Source: a virus. Taken from it: a DNA stretch of 64,000 bases. The notes beneath the pieces were generated by a model, which saw nothing but the letters and a program-made list of their open reading frames with translations, was not told where the DNA came from and searched no databases. The stretch covers positions 18,213 to 82,212 of the IMG/VR virus record IMGVR_UViG_3300032331_003094. The stretch is one strand, 5' to 3'. Positions within the stretch are counted from its first letter, which is position 1; each line of letters begins with the position of its first letter. Made by a program: the position numbers and the translations under genes. Shown in pieces: positions 58,833-64,000 of the stretch.

Positions 58833-59750
58833 ATGCGTAACGGAACTGCCCAACGTCAACGCACTAAAGATAACCCACTAAACCTTGGTTCATTTGACCA
58901 AACGTCTTTGCGTTATCTGAGGGGAACCTTGGGTCCTGTATCAAAACCTATCGGGCGTGCCGACACTTGGGACACGTCTAATGGTGGATATGGCGGTGGT
59001 ACATACAACCATTGGTTTGTGATTAACCTATTGAGAAATGCATGGTTAATAACTGCCAAAGGACCGCCGCGTCCTAAGTATATTCAAGTGGCAGCGTACG
59101 ATTTAAATCAAAATCCAATTCAAGAACGTGCAATTTTTGATGCAGATAGCATTCCGGAATTAGTACAAGGAGAAGTTTATTACCCGTACGTTGGGCATGT
59201 AATGAATGCCCAATCAAATTTATATAATAATTTCAACCCCAACCGCCTTGATAAAGGTGATGATCGATACTTTGTATTGCCCCCAGGGTCTTACTTGTTA
59301 TGTGTATCAACAACACGTAATGAACCCCTTGCCTATGAACTGGGTTTGGTTATTGAAATCGAAGACCTAGAACCCGAGTTGTTACTGGAAACGGGCGGCA
59401 CAAATAAGTTTATTTATGAGAATGAACTAAGCACAGGTAATACGGTTACCATTGGACCTACGTTTAGTATCAACTACACATTGCCTTCTGGCTTTAATGC
59501 ATACACCAGTATTTTGGCCACAATTAATTCAAGCGCTACAGTTACAATACCTGATGATTCAACATGGCTTATTAGTGATGCATCTTTAACGGGTCCAGAA
59601 GATTTTATCTTATGTGACTTGACTCAAAACTATACGGGCGAAGATCAACACATGCATTCATTAGATGAATGGCAAACGGCTTGGCAACGGGAGCATCAAC
59701 AAGATAACCGCTTCCCAGACGTATTCCTCCCGCTGGTAACCACCCAATGA
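58833..59750 (+). CDS. Hypothetical, probably virion protein
   Basis: 305 aa ORF. Confidence 0.6.
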   Translation: MRNGTAQRQRTKDNPLNLGSFDQTSLRYLRGTLGPVSKPIGRADTWDTSNGGYGGGTYNHWFVINLLRNAWLITAKGPPRPKYIQVAAYDLNQNPIQERAIFDADSIPELVQGEVYYPYVGHVMNAQSNLYNNFNPNRLDKGDDRYFVLPPGSYLLCVSTTRNEPLAYELGLVIEIEDLEPELLLETGGTNKFIYENELSTGNTVTIGPTFSINYTLPSGFNAYTSILATINSSATVTIPDDSTWLISDASLTGPEDFILCDLTQNYTGEDQHMHSLDEWQTAWQREHQQDNRFPDVFLPLVTTQ

Positions 59751-59890
59751 TGTATTTTTACAATTGGTTAGTGTGTAAGCTATTTAAACGCTGTCATCTT
59801 GAAATATACACGACACCAGCAGAAGCGTTTAAGCGCTATTGTGATGAGAATCCCTGGGAGAAGGGATGCAAAATTCATGACAACTAATGA

Positions 59891-60322
59891 ATGACTTTCC
59901 GAATCAAAAAAAGAAAAAAAGTATTTACAAAGAATATTGGGAGGGGGTATCTCCTGAAAATGCATTTGATTCCGTGGATTGTCACAACAAAAGGATGTGT
60001 GTGGCTTGCCGGTTTAGCTGTGGCCAAAAGCAACCGACAGATCAACGATTGGATGAACAGACGAAGACGGTCCAGGGTCCGCCGTCTGGCTACGTCTTTG
60101 ACCGGTAAGATTGGTAACGGCGTCCAGGCTATTGCAATCCGTCAAGTTCGTAAGTGGGTTGATGAATTACCAAAGGGTCATTCATTGACAATGCGTTGTG
60201 AGTCTGCGTTACCTGAAAAACAATTTCGAGTGTGGAAGAAATGGTTTAAAACACATGAGGATATTAATTGGGAAATATCAGAAGAACACAAATCTTTTTT
60301 CTTTTACAAAAACCGCTGGTAA
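59891..60322 (+). CDS. Basic hypothetical protein
   Basis: 143 aa ORF. Confidence 0.55.
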   Translation: MTFRIKKRKKVFTKNIGRGYLLKMHLIPWIVTTKGCVWLAGLAVAKSNRQINDWMNRRRRSRVRRLATSLTGKIGNGVQAIAIRQVRKWVDELPKGHSLTMRCESALPEKQFRVWKKWFKTHEDINWEISEEHKSFFFYKNRW

Positions 60323-60348
60323 AATAAAGAAAACTACCTGGTTTAATC

Positions 60349-60510
60349 ATGGACATTTCTAAGTATGTTGAGACGGCTCTTACAATTCATGCAGCAGCTA
60401 GTGCAATTACTGCACTGACACCCACCCCTAAAGATGATAGTGCTGTTCGTAGGGCGTATCGCGTAATCGAATTACTTGCTTTGGTTACCAGCCGTACCAA
60501 GCAACGCTGA
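60349..60510 (+). CDS. Small holin-like protein (53 aa)
   Basis: AAASAITALTPTPKDD motif; convergent with the endolysin. Confidence 0.55.
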   Translation: MDISKYVETALTIHAAASAITALTPTPKDDSAVRRAYRVIELLALVTSRTKQR

Positions 60511-60514
60511 TTGC

Positions 60515-61609
60515 TTAAGCAATAATGCACCAGCCAGATTTTGGGCCTTCGACTAACCATCGGGGCTCAAAATTTTTGTAGCTGTAATGCAGTTTTTTAC
60601 CGTTGGTGGAATCATAGGTTCCAGATGTTAAGTTGCAGTCGCCCCAGGGATCATGCACCCAATAGCCCTCGGAATTGTATCCGATGATACAAAGATAGTG
60701 GCCACCGCCCTGTGGATTTTGGGCGGTGCCATGATGAAGAAATCCAGCTGGAACTGGTTTGCCTGAATCAATTTGTTTTTTAATTAGATCACGATTGCCG
60801 TTTTTAATGAATTTGGCATTCAAACCATAGTGTTTTAGGGCAGACAGCTGAGCGTTACTATCAGTGCTGTCGCCAAAGCTGAAGACAGTATGAAGGTACT
60901 CATCGTCACCGGAAATGGAGGTGGGGACGAGAAACTTTAACATCATTGCACAGCTTGAACTGAAGCATGTGCGGGAAGCATCACGATAATTGTCCCGCTG
61001 ACTCATGTAGATCACGGGGAGTGGATTTTGCTTTGGTATTGGTGCGCCCCCTGGCCTTTGTAATTTTTGATCCATGATCTGGATCAGTTTTGTTGCATAG
61101 CCAGGGTCCGTTGCATACCCCTGTGTGACTAGTGCTTGCGCACATTCGTTTCGATTATTGGTATTATTAACACCTTTGTAAACACCAAAGTCCTTGTACC
61201 AGTGGCTTACGAGGTAGTCAACACAGGCTTGAAGCCCTGGGAAATCAATGAACCCAGCATTGATTGTGATCCATTTACCATCAACAAACTCTTTGGTATC
61301 TACGTTGGTACCACTACCTTTAAGACCAAAGTAATTATTTTTACCAGAGGTAGCAGTACCACCGGCACTTTCTAGTTGCCACTGGGCAGCAACAACTTCT
61401 GGGAATTTGGCACCAGATTGTTTTGCTGCTTGTAGAACACCGTCCCATGTATTGGAAGGTTCTTTAGCTGCAGGATCTGCTTGACGATATTTAACAGCAA
61501 AAGACTCCAGGACATCAGGAGGAATCTGAGCCTGGAGCCATTTTAATGCGTTTGTTTGATGCGGAAGTTCTTTGTAAAACGTCGCTGCATCACATAAGTT
61601 AATTGACAT
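60515..61609 (-). CDS. Endolysin: GH73 glucosaminidase + C39-like cysteine peptidase
   Basis: AAQWQLES, NNYFGLKG, GYATDPGY; SQRDN..RTCFSSSCAM, GGHY..IIGY, VHDPWG. Confidence 0.88.
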   Translation of the reverse strand: MSINLCDAATFYKELPHQTNALKWLQAQIPPDVLESFAVKYRQADPAAKEPSNTWDGVLQAAKQSGAKFPEVVAAQWQLESAGGTATSGKNNYFGLKGSGTNVDTKEFVDGKWITINAGFIDFPGLQACVDYLVSHWYKDFGVYKGVNNTNNRNECAQALVTQGYATDPGYATKLIQIMDQKLQRPGGAPIPKQNPLPVIYMSQRDNYRDASRTCFSSSCAMMLKFLVPTSISGDDEYLHTVFSFGDSTDSNAQLSALKHYGLNAKFIKNGNRDLIKKQIDSGKPVPAGFLHHGTAQNPQGGGHYLCIIGYNSEGYWVHDPWGDCNLTSGTYDSTNGKKLHYSYKNFEPRWLVEGPKSGWCIIA

Positions 61610-61646
61610 GGACCTAAGTTTTTAATTTACTTTAGGTCCAGTCTAT

Positions 61647-61826
61647 TCATTCAACTACTTCAGGTGTCACTTCAGTTGCTTCCGGCTCTTCCGATTCAAA
61701 TTCAAGGGTGTCAATAAGACCACCAATCATATTTGCCGCAAAGGCGATGAGATTACCGTCGCCAGAAGCGCGAGCAGAACCAAACGAATTCACGGCGGAG
61801 ATAAGCTCAGACTTTTTGCAGGCCAT
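61647..61826 (-). CDS. Small hypothetical protein (59 aa)
   Basis: MACKKSELISAVNSFGSARASGD...; TATACT upstream. Confidence 0.55.
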   Translation of the reverse strand: MACKKSELISAVNSFGSARASGDGNLIAFAANMIGGLIDTLEFESEEPEATEVTPEVVE

Positions 61827-61861
61827 GGTAAATAAACGACTTCAAAAAGTATAGCAACTAA

Positions 61862-62185
61862 TTACCAAGGAGTGCCAGAGGCTGAGGTGGAATGTAATTT
61901 TTGTTGAATTTGATTGTGTAATGATTCTTCAATAGAAACAACCTGGTCCACACCAAGGGCAGACAGTACCCAGCCAATAACCGTTTCTTTGGTTAATTGA
62001 TCGAAAGGTGTGAAGGAAGAAGGGTCGGGGTCACCAAGACCAATGCTGCCGTATGCACCGGCAGATTCACCATCTTCTTCTAGGTTTGCTGTCCAATGTA
62101 CCGTATAAACAGCACCGTCAGGGCATGTGTTGCCATCAGGAAGATGACGTTCCATGTTGACAATATCCCAAGTGGTGTTAGCCAT
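61862..62185 (-). CDS. Tail-fibre-associated protein
   Basis: W.I..MER...VYTVHW...FTPFDQLTKETVIGWV...GTPW; follows the fibre gene. Confidence 0.7.
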   Translation of the reverse strand: MANTTWDIVNMERHLPDGNTCPDGAVYTVHWTANLEEDGESAGAYGSIGLGDPDPSSFTPFDQLTKETVIGWVLSALGVDQVVSIEESLHNQIQQKLHSTSASGTPW

Positions 62186-62231
62186 AATTAAAAAGTTTTT
62201 TATATTCTACCAGGGATGTTAGTGAAGGTGT

Positions 62232-63998
62232 CTACGCGGACTCAAGGGCTGCAACTTTGGCTTCGAGGGTTTCGATGCGCTCCATTGCTTCTTGCAGAGC
62301 TTTGACTGCTTTCATGTACAGTACCGAATAATTGACTCTTTTGGTTACGGTACCAAGCTCAACTCCATCTTTATCAAGGTCGGGAGACTCGTTAACTAAA
62401 CCAGGAGAAACAAGTTCAACCTCTTGAGCAATAAGGCCAATTTGTGTATGTGTTTGGCCTTTTTTTAAATTGTAGTTACGAACTTGAAGCGCTTTTAAAT
62501 CATTCCATTGAGATTTGGCATCAACAATATTTTCTTTCAATTTAATGTCAGAAATTGCACCGTAACTGTTATTAGTATTGGCAACATTGCCATTGGCATA
62601 AACAATAAAAGTTCGAACTAAATTAATTGCGCCAATAAAATGTGTACCAGTTGCACCTGTTGCAAAATCAGACGTAAATCCTTCGACAGCACCGCCTAAA
62701 TTCGTGTTAGTTGCTTGTATTGTTAATCCATTTTGATCACTACGGAAGAAATGTTGTGAGTTTGTAGCGCGACTTCCTCCGCCAGCATCGGTGTACACCC
62801 CGGTGTTACTGGCTTTTACGTATCCACCACTCGTAATCCTCATCCGCTCCAATGGACTGGCCGAGCCAGATGGCGTAGTAAAAAATTCTAGACGACCTGG
62901 CATATTATTTGAACCAGGTGTTCCATCTACTCGAGCATGAAATTGCGCTGCGGGAATAGCATCAGTTCCATCTGAACCACGGAATTGTAGGCCTCCTAAG
63001 TAGTCATCACTTTGCACAATTGTCTGAGTTCCTAAAGTTGAACTTCTGGATTTTGCTAGGAATATAAACGGCCCGTTAGCAGAATTTTCATATCTTTGAA
63101 AATCTCCTACATCCAACTTTGTTTGTACTGAAAAGCCAGATGCAGAAGTACTTATTTGAAGTGGAGCATTGCTGCTGGTTGTAGACGTGCCAATTAAGAG
63201 CCTGCCGGAGCTGTCAATCCTCATCCGCTCCGTAGGACTAGCCGCGCCGTCTGGCGTAGTCCAGAACACTAGGCGGCCTGGCATGTCGTTGACGCCGGGG
63301 GTGCCGTCTACCTGACAAAGGATATACGCGGCTTGACTGTCTACGTCAGTTCCGTCTGCCCCGCCAAAAATTAAACCCCCTAAATCATCACCGGAAGCGA
63401 CTATTGTATTAGATCCAATGGTTGCGCCTCGGCTTTTGCCAAAATGTAAATAAGAACTGTAAACATCATTGCTGTTTCTACAAGAGCTAAAGCCTGTTGT
63501 GCTAAAGGAAGTGCCTTCGACTTGCACTACTGATTGCTGAGTGGCAACGCTGCGACTACTAGACGTGCCAACTAAAAGTTTTCCATCTGATGTCAGGCGG
63601 GCTTTTTCGCTGAGACTACTTGCTGAATTGGTTAGGAAAAGCAGCGCGCCTTTAGAGTCAGTTCCAAAATTGGTATAAGTGCCTTGAACCGCAGCAGAAG
63701 CGCCAACAAGATCACCGCCAATGCTTCCGTCAAAGACTAATTGGGTGGTTCCATTAGAAACAACACCTAGACCGATTGAACCGTTGGTGGTTAATTTATA
63801 GTTTGGGCTCGTAGTGCCAATCCCTACGTTGCCTGACGGATTAACAACAAGACGAGCAGTTTGCGAACCCGCTGCGGCATCTCCTGTGTAAAAGTAATGC
63901 CCACCAACGTTGCCAGTGCCTTGGGAAAAGTAACCAATGCCACCAGCGCCAGCGGCATTAGTGGTGCCATTCCACCGAGCAATACCGACGTTAAATGC
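62232..63998 (-). CDS. Tail fibre with C-terminal S74 intramolecular chaperone; 5' end beyond the window
   Basis: Frame open to the window edge; repeats ERMRIDSSG / GNVGIGT; ISDIKLKENI...GLIAQEVE...VNYS. Confidence 0.9.
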   Translation of the reverse strand, partial: AFNVGIARWNGTTNAAGAGGIGYFSQGTGNVGGHYFYTGDAAAGSQTARLVVNPSGNVGIGTTSPNYKLTTNGSIGLGVVSNGTTQLVFDGSIGGDLVGASAAVQGTYTNFGTDSKGALLFLTNSASSLSEKARLTSDGKLLVGTSSSRSVATQQSVVQVEGTSFSTTGFSSCRNSNDVYSSYLHFGKSRGATIGSNTIVASGDDLGGLIFGGADGTDVDSQAAYILCQVDGTPGVNDMPGRLVFWTTPDGAASPTERMRIDSSGRLLIGTSTTSSNAPLQISTSASGFSVQTKLDVGDFQRYENSANGPFIFLAKSRSSTLGTQTIVQSDDYLGGLQFRGSDGTDAIPAAQFHARVDGTPGSNNMPGRLEFFTTPSGSASPLERMRITSGGYVKASNTGVYTDAGGGSRATNSQHFFRSDQNGLTIQATNTNLGGAVEGFTSDFATGATGTHFIGAINLVRTFIVYANGNVANTNNSYGAISDIKLKENIVDAKSQWNDLKALQVRNYNLKKGQTHTQIGLIAQEVELVSPGLVNESPDLDKDGVELGTVTKRVNYSVLYMKAVKALQEAMERIETLEAKVAALESA

Positions 63999-64000
63999 GG

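Noticed and set aside
62232-63998. Diversity-generating retroelement acting on the tail fibre
   Set aside because: Fibre repeats are diverged protein modules, not adenine-specific TR/VR pairs; no reverse transcriptase in the window

Overview
Most of the genome of a tailed dsDNA phage, very probably a freshwater cyanophage. The gene set (family A DNA polymerase, Prim-Pol/SF3 primase-helicase, PD-(D/E)XK exonuclease, speD, Dps-like protein, GT4, GH73+C39 endolysin) recalls S-EIV1-like phages, but that assignment is from memory and unverified. 1-24.5 kb is a minus-strand morphogenesis module (internal virion proteins, TerL, portal, scaffold, major capsid, lytic virion enzymes). 25-58 kb is a mostly plus-strand early/replication region. 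58-64 kb holds lysis and tail-fibre genes. Main observations: (1) the major capsid gene is split into three exons (12, 132 and 1020 nt) by two group I introns whose splice sites and guide sequences can be read directly; one carries a LAGLIDADG gene, the other an ANTISENSE HNH gene in the P1 loop with an apparent promoter of its own. (2) The early region is punctuated by repeated intergenic RNA-like elements: six covarying H-type pseudoknots, two tRNA-elbow-like three-way junctions, three two-state hairpins (two of them a perfect 49-bp repeat) and a kissing-loop element. (3) Also a circularly permuted M23 peptidase, a 599-nt portal/scaffold dual-coding overlap, gene-by-gene -10 boxes at near-constant spacing and an origin-like inverted-repeat locus. 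All structures were derived by eye; no folding or database search was run.
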